The position numbers and the translations under genes are program-made. Under the pieces are notes generated by a model. The model worked only from the letters and a program-made list of their open reading frames with translations, did no database searches and was not told where the DNA came from. 64,000 nucleotides of DNA, from UHGV virus genome UHGV-1383976. One strand, given 5' to 3'. Source of the DNA: a virus. This document shows, in pieces, positions 18,087-26,417 of the stretch (position 1 is the stretch's first letter; each line of letters opens with the position of its first letter).

Positions 18087-18174
18087 TGCTGAGTTCCCAT
18101 AGTGGTCGATTGGAGCGGTCTTGTAAGCCGCAGACTTCGTGTCCGCATCAGTTCGAATCTGATACTCAGCTCCA
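18087..18174 (+). tRNA. type II tRNA, Tyr-like (GTA), with an apparent 8-nt anticodon loop CTTTGTAA
   Basis: Acceptor gctgagt/actcagc. Anticodon stem gcggt/gccgc flanking an 8-nt loop. Variable arm agacttcgtgtccgc. T-arm atcagttcgaatctgat. Confidence 0.55.
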
Positions 18175-18178
18175 CTAT

Positions 18179-18254
18179 AAGGGAGTAGCCCAATAGGTAA
18201 GGCAGCAGTCTCCAAAACTGAAGATTAAAGGTTCGAGTCCTTTCTCTCTTGCCA
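18179..18254 (+). tRNA. tRNA-Trp(CCA), CCA encoded
   Basis: Anticodon loop ctCCAaa. T-arm aaaggttcgagtccttt. Acceptor aagggag/ctctctt with G-U pairs. Confidence 0.65.
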
Positions 18255-18288
18255 ATAATTTCATTTTTCAAATTTCCTTTCTTAAAAT

Positions 18289-18335
18289 TTGACTTTTTCA
18301 AAAAATCTTGATATAATATATACATAAGATAAAGA
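18289..18335 (+). promoter_or_regulatory. class I promoter (variant) driving a 13-codon leader ORF and a structured RNA region
   Basis: TTGACT-17-TATAAT, then atatacataagataaagaaaagaaaaag, then SD aaaggagg, then ATGctagtgccacctacacgtggtgtcctctgttttcgcTAA. Confidence 0.55.
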
Positions 18336-18359
18336 AAAGAAAAAGTCAAAAGGAGGACA

Positions 18360-19060
18360 ATGCTAGTGCCACCTACACGTGGTGTCCTCTGTTTTCGCTA
18401 AGAGCGCTGGCATATATCCAATTAAATAATACTAACTCAGTGAAGACGGAATTCGATGTTCCGGCTGAGAAATTCCAGCTAGCACAGCAGAAACGAAACA
18501 AGGATACTTGTGGATACTGGACTGAGAGGCCATCGAGAGATGAGCCGAAGTAGAGCGGTCGCTCAAGTGGGAAGAAGAGCAGGAATTGTGCTGAGTGAAT
18601 CGCAAGCAAACGCAGCCGTGGAGTGGCGAGCGCAATAGACAGCTTGGTGAATAGCCAAGCCGAACCCAAGTTAGGTCTTAGTTGGTGCCTGTGGCAATCC
18701 TTGGGAAAACCAATAAGCTCGTTCCGTTGAGACGACAGGGAATGTGAAATCTGTCTTTGACACTCTACAGCATCCGAGTAGCGGAACACAACGGGGACTT
18801 ATAGAAAAGATGGTCAGTAATAATAGAAATTGCTATTTTATCTTTCTGAACATCCCGTGAAAGGTAGAGGTAATCAACCCTCTGGCGGATTAGGCGACAT
18901 TAGACACTTGGGCTATCCAAGAGTAACAAGTCAATGTTGTTGCTGGGGTAAGAAGTGTATGGGCGACGGCCTGTATGCTCAGACTTATCTCCCGCGTGGC
19001 AGAATATGCTTGAAGGTTTATCGAGGTAGGGCGAAGGCCCAGTAATATTTAGTTGGATTT
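18360..19060 (+). ncRNA. GC-rich ORF-free structured region (candidate large ncRNA) downstream of a strong promoter
   Basis: About 700 nt with stops in all frames of all three codon types and visibly higher GC than its surroundings. Only spurious minus-strand ORFs in the track. Confidence 0.35.
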
Positions 19061-19064
19061 ATAT

Positions 19065-19137
19065 GGCAGGACGAGAAGGTTCTCCATTTGGCCTCATAAG
19101 CCAGATTTCGTGGGTTCGATTCCCACTCCTGCATCCA
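19065..19137 (+). tRNA. tRNA-Met(CAT), CCA encoded
   Basis: Anticodon arm ttggc-ctCATaa-gccag. T-arm gtgggttcgattcccac. G-A mismatch at acceptor position 1-72. Confidence 0.6.
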
Positions 19138-19140
19138 TAT

Positions 19141-19215
19141 GTCGTATTGGTGTTAGTGGCAGCACGATAGCCTTCCAAGCTATATGGAGGAGTTCGAGTC
19201 TCCTATACGACTCCA
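19141..19215 (+). tRNA. tRNA-Gly(TCC), CCA encoded
   Basis: Acceptor gtcgtat/atacgac. Anticodon arm atagc-cttccaa-gctat. T-arm ggagttcgagtctcc. Confidence 0.8.
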
Positions 19216-19361
19216 TTTTAGAAATGTCTTGAACGACAGGAGGTTTTGCTTATGGATATAACAAAATCTAATGAGGACTGCGGTCCAACGAACAGGACAA
19301 AGAGTTGGGCCTCTCTATAAAAAGGCCCTCGTAAGAAAATTTGGAAAGGAAGTAAAGTAAA

Positions 19362-19775
19362 ATGAAGTATTATAGTGATGTTCTTCATACGCTGTTTGAT
19401 ACTCAGGATGCGCTTGAGGAAGCCGAAGCGAAGAAAACCGCGGCAGATGCTGAGAAAGTACATGCAAAAGAAACGGCTAGAAAACGTAGAGAAGAAGATA
19501 AAGAACGTTTCCTTGAGTTGAGAAAGAAGTTCAATAAGATCAGCACTGAGTATGACAAGACATCTAAAGAGTATATGGACTATGCTGATAAGATGATGCA
19601 GGAGTATTCATTAGATGCTGTGCTGGATTGGCTTTCTGATGCTTTTCTTTATGATTGTGCCACAGCTAAGACGAAAGCAGATGCATCATCTACCACAACT
19701 GCTACCACGAAAACTGCGCGGGAGCCTGAAAACTTGGGAGAAATTCTTGCCCGTATTTTTGAGGATATGCGCTGA
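19362..19775 (+). CDS. hypothetical acidic coiled-coil protein (scaffold-like?)
   Basis: 137 aa, rich in E/K/A. SD gaaaggaagtaaagtaaaATG. Confidence 0.55.
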   Translation: MKYYSDVLHTLFDTQDALEEAEAKKTAADAEKVHAKETARKRREEDKERFLELRKKFNKISTEYDKTSKEYMDYADKMMQEYSLDAVLDWLSDAFLYDCATAKTKADASSTTTATTKTAREPENLGEILARIFEDMR

Positions 19776-19789
19776 GAATTTTGAATAAA

Positions 19790-20330
19790 TTGGCGCGATT
19801 GATTATCAAATCGTCCCACGGAGTTGAAGCTAAAACGTTAGCGGTGAATATGGCCATTCCCGCAAGCTCGGCGGTTTGTTAGGCAACCGCGCGGATGTAA
19901 ATTATTGATAGGAAACTTTGGTTTAATTTACTCACTGAAGTTCTCCAAAAGTCGAACTAGAGCCTAAACTGAGTTCGCAGTGCTGAGGCCGGCATACGCT
20001 CGGAGAGGATGCGTTATTGAGCTAATTGGATTAGTGTCAATGTGAGGCAACGGTGGCCAACTCTTAGAGAGCCACGCGACAGAGTTATGCTAAAAGGCAA
20101 TGCCCAGTATCGGTGCCACTAGGGTTGATAGACAAGTAGTAAAAGTCAGGTGAAGACAATACCGGCTGACATAATTGGGACGTAGTCATAGGCGTAGGCC
20201 GTGCCAAAACTAAAAATCAAAGTGTGCGGCACACGAAACCCAAGTCAGATGCGGGCGATTGAAACGGCGCCCTCAACCCATATAAGGTTTTACAAGAGAT
20301 TTTCCTTGTGTTAGACTAAAAAATCTCTTT
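19790..20330. ncRNA. second GC-rich ORF-free structured region (candidate ncRNA or degenerate tRNA-like array)
   Basis: About 540 nt with no ORF. Contains an anticodon-arm-like hairpin gcggtt-tgttaggc-aaccgc. Confidence 0.3.
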
Positions 20331-20343
20331 TTTGTATAAATTT

Positions 20344-20418
20344 AGAGGTATAGTGTAATTGGCAACACATCGGCCTTTGACGCCGTATTTATAGGTTCGA
20401 GTCCTGTTACCTCTGCCA
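20344..20418 (+). tRNA. tRNA-Gln(TTG), CCA encoded
   Basis: Acceptor agaggta/tacctct. D-arm gtgtaattggcaacac. Anticodon loop ctTTGac. T-arm ataggttcgagtcctgt. Confidence 0.65.
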
Positions 20419-20525
20419 ACAGTTCCACATTAGAAAAACCTAATGTGGACTTTTTTATATATATCAGCTACAAAAAATCTACTTAGAAATGCGGGCAACC
20501 GCAAAACACATCAAAGGAGGAGCCT

Positions 20526-21149
20526 ATGGAAGAATTAGGTCTGTTTTTGGGTTTGGGAGATGATGCTAACTATCAGCTTGCTAATCCAAGCCTGTTAGCG
20601 TATTACAAAGAACTCAATGAGCGTCGTCTCTGGCTCGATTGCGAGGTAGATGATGAAGCGATAGGTGATATGTGCCGCCAGATTATTCGCTGGAATAAGG
20701 AGGATGACGCAATAGAACCTTCGAAGAGGAAAAAGATTATTATCTATTTTGTCAGCCCCGGTGGCAGTTTAGACAGCTATCTATGGCTCAAAGACGTAAT
20801 AAATCTGAGTATTACTCCGATAGTTGGTATTATGATGAGCCGCACAGCTAGCGCGGCTGCTCTGATATATCTTCATTGCCACGAACGCTATGCTCTTGAG
20901 AGTTCAAAAATCTTGTTCCATTATGGTTCGATTTCTCTCGCACAAGACGCCGCAAATGCGATTGAGGCGGTAAAAAATTATGAGCAGGAAATCAAAAAGT
21001 TTGTTGACGTAATTCGTGAGCACTCTGACTTTTCAGATGATTATATTCGTGATAAGTTGGTCAAGGATTGGGAACTTACGGCTGACGAAGCTCTCGAACA
21101 TGGCATTGTTCAAAAAATAATAAGCGATATCAGCGAACTCTGGAACTAA
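20526..21149 (+). CDS. ClpP-like serine protease (prohead protease candidate)
   Basis: IIYFVSPGGSLDSYLWL and MSRTASAAALIY resemble ClpP/S14 motifs. SD aaaggagg. Confidence 0.6.
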   Translation: MEELGLFLGLGDDANYQLANPSLLAYYKELNERRLWLDCEVDDEAIGDMCRQIIRWNKEDDAIEPSKRKKIIIYFVSPGGSLDSYLWLKDVINLSITPIVGIMMSRTASAAALIYLHCHERYALESSKILFHYGSISLAQDAANAIEAVKNYEQEIKKFVDVIREHSDFSDDYIRDKLVKDWELTADEALEHGIVQKIISDISELWN

Positions 21150-21160
21150 GGAGGTTTGTT

Positions 21161-21481
21161 ATGGATAAATATACTGGCTATTATGAGTGGCATCCATCAG
21201 AACAAGGACTTGAGGATTTTTATTCTGGCCTTTTTACACCTGCAGGGATGGGCTTGGTTGAAAACCAGTATTTGATTATCTATGACTCCGAAGATAAGGT
21301 TATAGATAAATATTTTTGTAAGAACAATGAATTTGAAAAGGTTCATTATATGGCGCTTCAAAGCGATTACTGTGGGGTTATCAAACCACGCAATGTATAT
21401 CAGGAATTGGCTATTCATTCCCTTATGGATAGACGTGTTCCCGTAAAAGTTTTGGGTGGCGTCTTTGGCTCGGGTAAATAA
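21161..21481 (+). CDS. phoH: phoH-like ATPase, exon 1 (N-terminal part, ending inside the Walker A motif)
   Basis: ORF ends ...VKVLGGVFGSGK then a stop, so the P-loop is cut after GK. The C-terminal PhoH homology resumes at 22412-22942. Confidence 0.55.
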   Translation: MDKYTGYYEWHPSEQGLEDFYSGLFTPAGMGLVENQYLIIYDSEDKVIDKYFCKNNEFEKVHYMALQSDYCGVIKPRNVYQELAIHSLMDRRVPVKVLGGVFGSGK

Positions 21482-22426
21482 CTTGCCCCTTCTTAGGGCG
21501 ACCTAAGAATGAAAATCGCGTGAATTGCTGGAAGCCTAAGCCGCAAGGTATGGTAATCAGCAGCCAAGCCGTTTTAGCAACGGAAGGTTCAACGACTATC
21601 CCGGCAGGGAGTAGGGAGCAATCCCGAAGCGCGCGACAACTTTTGTTTTGTTTTTATTTTAATAAAGGAGGTGAGGTTATAAATAAGTGGACAGATGAAC
21701 AAAAAGCAGAAATTATTGATGATTATACCAAAAAAGGTATGACTTTGGCAGAGATTGGAAAAAAATTTCATTCTAAAGGAGATACAATTAGTAAATATCT
21801 AAAGTCTTGGGATATTCCCATCAATCGTAGAAAGAAAAATCGGCTTATGAATGAAAAGTTTTTTTCTATAATTGACTCAGCTGAAAAGAGTTATTTTCTG
21901 GGCTTGTTATTCGCTGATGGTTCAGTTGTTTTAAATAGCGAGCGGGCGCCATATGTTTCTTTAGAATTAGTAGAAAAGGACAAAGAAATATTAGAAATTT
22001 TCCGTTCATTATTAAATTGTCAAAATGACTTATACTACAATAAGCGAGATAATCGGAAGAATGGAACATATACTTTTGGAGTAAGAAGTCAATTACTAGC
22101 TGATGATTTAGCTAAATTTAATATCATTCCAAATAAAACTTATGAAACAACCCAAGTAATTTTCCCAGAAAATTTTCTTATTGATTTTCTAAGAGGGTAT
22201 ATTGATGGCGATGGCTCTATTTATCAAAATGTTTATAAGGCCGTTTGGAATGGACAAGATGCTAAACGAATTATAAACATTCTCTATTTAAAGAACGATG
22301 GCATTGCGCTCTCTCGAAAACGAGAACGAGCTAAGTTAGCTCAACAAAACAAAAGTTGATGATATAGTCTAATCCCTTTTTAAAAATATCGGGAAACCGA
22401 GGGTATAAATGAAGGATCTTCTAATG
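21476..22426 (+). mobile_element. group I intron (boundaries approximate) carrying a LAGLIDADG homing endonuclease gene and splitting the phoH-like gene
   Basis: GC-rich structured 5' part: ggaagcctaagccgcaaggtatggtaatcagcagccaagcc...gttcaacgacta...atcccgaagcg. It is homologous to the 5' part of the second intron at 34.4 kb. Candidate 5' splice sites fall after U21475 or A21478. Candidate 3' ends fall at G22411 or G22426. Confidence 0.5.
21680..22359 (+). CDS. LAGLIDADG homing endonuclease (two-motif) with N-terminal HTH; start uncertain
   Basis: LGLLFADGSV and LRGYIDGDGSI motifs. The ORF is open from 21520, but no canonical start follows the SD aaaggaggtgagg at about 21662. The first ATG is at 21742. 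Confidence 0.7.
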
Positions 22427-22942
22427 AGCGGGGCTTGTTTTAGCTTTATCGAAAAAGGTATTTTTGAAAAACTTGTTTATATACGCCCCAATATCACGCT
22501 TGAAGGAGTGCCTGATATTGGCTACCTCAAAGGCGGAATGGACGAAAAGCTTGAATGGACTTTAGCTCCATTATGGGATAAGTTCGGTGGCCGCGAAGCT
22601 ACTCAAAATCTTGTTGCTTCTGGCAAGATTGAGCTTGTAGCCTTACCTTTTATCAAAGGTCGCAGTTTTGAAAACAGCATTATTTATGTCAGTGAAGGCC
22701 AGAACATTACTCGTAAAGTCGCTGGCAATATTATTAGTCGCGCTGGTGAGGGCACTGAAATTTGGATAAATGGCGACTATCACAGTCAGACCGATCGCAG
22801 AATGTTTGAGGTTGATAATGGTATGCGTGCGATGGAGGAAACCCTGAAAGGCAATGCGCTCTATGAAACTATTTATCTTCCTATTACAGAGCGTTCTGCT
22901 GTAGCTCAACTTGCTGGAATTGTTTGTAACACTGAAAATTGA
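22412..22942 (+). CDS. phoH: phoH-like ATPase, exon 2
   Basis: IRP...LGYL...VALPFIKGRSFENSIIYVSEGQN...IWINGDYHSQTD parallels E. coli PhoH TRP...[24 protein letters not shown]...VITGDVTQIDL. Confidence 0.6.
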   Translation, partial: KDLLMSGACFSFIEKGIFEKLVYIRPNITLEGVPDIGYLKGGMDEKLEWTLAPLWDKFGGREATQNLVASGKIELVALPFIKGRSFENSIIYVSEGQNITRKVAGNIISRAGEGTEIWINGDYHSQTDRRMFEVDNGMRAMEETLKGNALYETIYLPITERSAVAQLAGIVCNTEN

Positions 22943-23097
22943 GCAACTCTTTTTTAGAATGAAGTTTCACTAAATCTACTTACTATTGCCACAGGTCAGT
23001 TAGTTCCGTAGTGGCAGCGGCATTGAAAGACTAACTGTTTATATATCGTGAGGGGCAATCGCCCCTCTTTTTTTATATCTAAAAGGAGGGCTTGTAG

Positions 23098-24789
23098 ATG
23101 GGAACGGTTTATAATGATGTATTACATACTTATTCGCCTTACGGCCCGAATAATTATATGCCGCGCACAGGTCGCTACAAATTTAACCAGCGGCACAATT
23201 ATGAGAACAATATAAAAGCTTTGCGAGAAAAAGAGAATACTTTTTATAGCGCCATACTAGGGACAACGGTTTCTTCTTTTGGAGAATTTGTGCGGCAAGT
23301 CAAAGAAAAACTGTCAAAATTTCAGCAAGATACAAATGCTTTGCGGCAATTAGATAACGATAGGCTTACTCAAGCGCTTTACCGTAAATATGGTTTTTCT
23401 ACAAAAGGGCAATGGGATCAAGACGCTACTTTTTCTCGTCTTGTCGTTAAATTGGACGCTTCTGTTGCTGAGAACACCTTGAATACTTATATTAAAGAGA
23501 TAGAAAAAACTGTTATTGCTGAACTCCAAAAGATAGGCCAAGTTGGGAAGGCTGATTTAAAGCTATCAGTTAGTGGCAATTTGAAGGCTGGCACACTTAC
23601 TATAGATTTTGGTCTTGACAAGGGCGCAATTGAGAAAAAACTAGACGAAACTGGCTTGCTAAAAGGTGTTGTCAATGCCGCAATGGGTCGTAAGTTGAAA
23701 GTCGAAGCACAAAGTCTTGAATGGTTTAAAAACCAAATTTTGAATGATCCAAATTTGATAAGCTTGACAACTAATAAAAAAGAATTTGTTTGGGAAGCTA
23801 ATTCAAAACTTAGGACAAAAGATAGAGAAGGCAATGCGAATCCTTTTGCGATAAGTAAAAAAGGCTTAGCAAAAAAGAATATTAGTCAACAGCAACAAAT
23901 TGAGGAAGAAATCAAATCTTTTATAATGGCTACAATTGGCTATGGTCAGACATCGCAAGATTTTCAAAATGTTTTTCAAGAAGCTTGGCGCACACAAATC
24001 TCTAGCCGGAAATTAGGTATTGCAGGATATACTTGGAATGGTGCAATAGCTAATATAGTTGGCGCTTTTGGTGAGTTTCAAACTTATGTTTTATTCCAAT
24101 ACATCTCACATTTGTTTGGGGGAAAAGCGCAAGGTAAAATAGCTGACGCTTTTGCTAGTGGCGAACAAATGAAAGCCGATATCCAGTTTTTCCAAGGGTT
24201 TGGCATCCAAGTAAAAAATTATTCTGGCTATGGTTCTGAACTAAAGGAACTTAAATTTAATATTCATCCAAATAAACTTATTCAATATCCGCAAATCAGC
24301 GAATGGATTGGTTCAAGTTTTTCAGAATATATTGCAAATTACTACTTCAATAAAGATATCAATCGCACGCCATTTGCGAGCATTATTGATGGACTAAAGC
24401 GAGCTTTTGCTGAAATAGCTTCAATGGGAACAACAGATGATGTGCCTGACACCGTTTGTCTTTATAATTTAGGTGGTGGTTATCTAATTCCAGCGTCAGA
24501 TTTACTTGAGCAAGTTTATTTACGGTCTTATCGCTTAGACGATACTCAAGTTGCGATTACATCCGCTTTTGAAGGCTCTACAAATAAAGAGTTTCATAAA
24601 AAGAAAAAAGGAAAGGATGGAAAACAACAAGAGCCAACTTTTTTGAAATACTGGGAAAGAGATGGAGAAAGCTGGAAGCCAAAAGATGAAAACAGAAACC
24701 TCTACGCACAAATGCTCAATTCAAAAATTTCAATCCGCGCGGTAGTTCCTTATGAACAATTTCTCCGTGAGGGTTATAAATTATGGTGA
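23098..24789 (+). CDS. large virion structural protein candidate (portal or major capsid?), function unknown
   Basis: 563 aa. SD aaaggagg. Sits within the structural block after the protease gene. Confidence 0.5.
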   Translation: MGTVYNDVLHTYSPYGPNNYMPRTGRYKFNQRHNYENNIKALREKENTFYSAILGTTVSSFGEFVRQVKEKLSKFQQDTNALRQLDNDRLTQALYRKYGFSTKGQWDQDATFSRLVVKLDASVAENTLNTYIKEIEKTVIAELQKIGQVGKADLKLSVSGNLKAGTLTIDFGLDKGAIEKKLDETGLLKGVVNAAMGRKLKVEAQSLEWFKNQILNDPNLISLTTNKKEFVWEANSKLRTKDREGNANPFAISKKGLAKKNISQQQQIEEEIKSFIMATIGYGQTSQDFQNVFQEAWRTQISSRKLGIAGYTWNGAIANIVGAFGEFQTYVLFQYISHLFGGKAQGKIADAFASGEQMKADIQFFQGFGIQVKNYSGYGSELKELKFNIHPNKLIQYPQISEWIGSSFSEYIANYYFNKDINRTPFASIIDGLKRAFAEIASMGTTDDVPDTVCLYNLGGGYLIPASDLLEQVYLRSYRLDDTQVAITSAFEGSTNKEFHKKKKGKDGKQQEPTFLKYWERDGESWKPKDENRNLYAQMLNSKISIRAVVPYEQFLREGYKLW

Positions 24790-24795
24790 TTCAAA

Positions 24796-25050
24796 ATGCT
24801 CTATTTTGCGCAATGCGGCGACCCTATCAATTATGAATCCTTTATTGTCGATGCCGAAAGTCTTTCGGATGTTGTAGAATGGATAAAGGACTTTTCTTCA
24901 ATTGATGAGGAGCCGCAAGACGAAGACCAAACATATGCTTCTGCTATATCTGGACATTTGTGGTATAACATTGAACAGTTTGACTCTCGTAATGAGGAAC
25001 ATTCTGATGTCTTATCACAAATGAATGGAATCCCACTCTGTATAGAGTAA
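24796..25050 (+). CDS. hypothetical protein (84 aa)
   Basis: ORF immediately after the preceding stop. Confidence 0.45.
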   Translation: MLYFAQCGDPINYESFIVDAESLSDVVEWIKDFSSIDEEPQDEDQTYASAISGHLWYNIEQFDSRNEEHSDVLSQMNGIPLCIE

Positions 25051-25054
25051 AAAC

Positions 25055-25095
25055 TTGATTTTCGACGAAATTTTCGTTATAATAAATTGTAAAAA
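25055..25095 (+). promoter_or_regulatory. class I-like promoter (degenerate downstream motif)
   Basis: TTGATT-17-TATAAT, then aaattgtaaaaag. Confidence 0.45.
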
Positions 25096-25116
25096 GTTTT
25101 ACTGGGAGAGATACAT

Positions 25117-25443
25117 ATGGAAGCTAAAAAAGACATAAACGTTTCAATATCCAAAGAAGACTTTATCGGCTTATTGATTTCAGCCGTTGAATATGACGAT
25201 TGGATAGATATGTTGGATAAAAATGGAATTTCTTTCAACGCTCCTGCGCTCGATGGCGTAACTCGTAAGATAATAGACTTCTTCGAGAGAGTGCTGGATG
25301 ACGATGAGGGGGTAATAAAATACTACCTTTGGGGTATTGCTGGTGGGCATTATAAATCTGAAAAGAGAATGATAACTCGCACAGGCAAACCCATACTTAT
25401 TGAAAGTGCGGAAGATGTTTGGGACTATCTTACAAATAAATAA
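25117..25443 (+). CDS. hypothetical protein (108 aa)
   Basis: SD gggagag 7 nt before the ATG. Confidence 0.5.
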   Translation: MEAKKDINVSISKEDFIGLLISAVEYDDWIDMLDKNGISFNAPALDGVTRKIIDFFERVLDDDEGVIKYYLWGIAGGHYKSEKRMITRTGKPILIESAEDVWDYLTNK

Positions 25444-25540
25444 GACATTTACAGTCGTGAGAAATCACGGCCTGTTTTTATTGGACTAAAGAACGGTTTT
25501 AGCTACTTTACAGAAGAGAAAATCTGTGAGGTGAGAAACA

Positions 25541-25870
25541 ATGGTTCGTGGTGGCACACACCGTCATAATTTCTATATTCCATTCGACGCGGCGCAAATT
25601 GAAAAAGTATTTGTGTCTTATTCTCAGAATGGAGAAGTAGTTTTAGAAAAATCAACAGATGATTGCGTATTCAACTCTACCAAAAATTGCCTTCAAGTTG
25701 ATTTATCTCAAGAGGATACTTTGTCTTTTGCCGCGCCCGGAATTATTACGACACCAGAACGGAGCCTCGTGATTATTCAACTCAGAGTCTTATTGGCAAA
25801 TGGACACAGTTATGTATCCGCACCAATCAAAGAGAGATTGTTTGATGTTCTGAAAGGAGGACAAATCTAA
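25541..25870 (+). CDS. hypothetical protein (109 aa)
   Basis: SD gaggtgag. Confidence 0.5.
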   Translation: MVRGGTHRHNFYIPFDAAQIEKVFVSYSQNGEVVLEKSTDDCVFNSTKNCLQVDLSQEDTLSFAAPGIITTPERSLVIIQLRVLLANGHSYVSAPIKERLFDVLKGGQI

Positions 25871-26037
25871 TGCTTAGAACTATTGATGAAATAGAGCACA
25901 TTAGTGAGGACTATCAAGTCAAGTTCTATGATTATGAGAAGACTTTCTATGGTTCAACCTCCAATCCTGATGAATCCGATGATAACGTCATTATATATGA
26001 TGGCGGCGGCGTCTCTGGCTGGACGAAGGAGAAATGA
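25870..26037 (+). CDS. small hypothetical protein (55 aa), not in the ORF track
   Basis: Strong SD gaaaggagg then ATG overlapping the previous stop (TAATG). Ends in ATGA overlap with the next gene. The track ORF 25904..26089 in another frame was judged spurious. Confidence 0.5.
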   Translation: MLRTIDEIEHISEDYQVKFYDYEKTFYGSTSNPDESDDNVIIYDGGGVSGWTKEK

Positions 26038-26417
26038 TGGCAAGAGTAATAAAAATCACATTTCAACTGCGCCGCGGCCTGCACGATAAATGGATTGAAG
26101 AGAATCCAATACTCAGTGAAGGAGAGCCGGCCTTTGAGACAGATACCTTCCGTCTGAAAATTGGCGATGGCAAAACCGCGTATCAGGCTTTACCTTATAT
26201 TGGTGGAGATGGGAGTGAGGATGACGCCCGCGTGGTAAATGCGGATACTCACTATGATTTTCCATCTATAGGCAAAGCCAATACGATATATAAGGCGGAC
26301 AAAGAAAGAACTCTCTATCAATGGGACGAAGAAACATTGACTTATGTTTCACTAAATTCTTTTGAAAATGTAAAAATTATCCACGGAGGGAACGCTGATG
26401 GCTACGACTACATTTAA
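26034..26417 (+). CDS. tail-fibre N-terminal-module protein (127 aa)
   Basis: RRGLHDKWIEENPILSEGEPAFETDTFRLKIGDGKTAYQALPY is the same module that opens the next four fibre genes. Confidence 0.55.
   Translation: MMARVIKITFQLRRGLHDKWIEENPILSEGEPAFETDTFRLKIGDGKTAYQALPYIGGDGSEDDARVVNADTHYDFPSIGKANTIYKADKERTLYQWDEETLTYVSLNSFENVKIIHGGNADGYDYI

Noticed and set aside
18373-18789. Minus-strand 138-aa and 67-aa ORFs
   Set aside because: They lie in the GC-rich structured region downstream of a plus-strand promoter. The amino-acid composition is not protein-like and there is no RBS. The region is better explained as ncRNA.
18360-19060. tmRNA, RNase P RNA or group II intron identity for the GC-rich ORF-free region
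   Set aside because: A possible tag-like frame, ANAAVEWRAQ then stop, lacks the hydrophobic C-terminal degron. There is no tRNA-like acceptor and T-arm pairing at the ends. I found no GGAAAGTCCGG-type RNase P core and no domain V motif. Left as an unassigned candidate ncRNA.
25904-26089. Plus-strand 61-aa ORF
   Set aside because: The wrong frame is used. The same span is covered by a 55-aa ORF at 25870..26037 with a strong SD and start and stop coupling to both neighbours.
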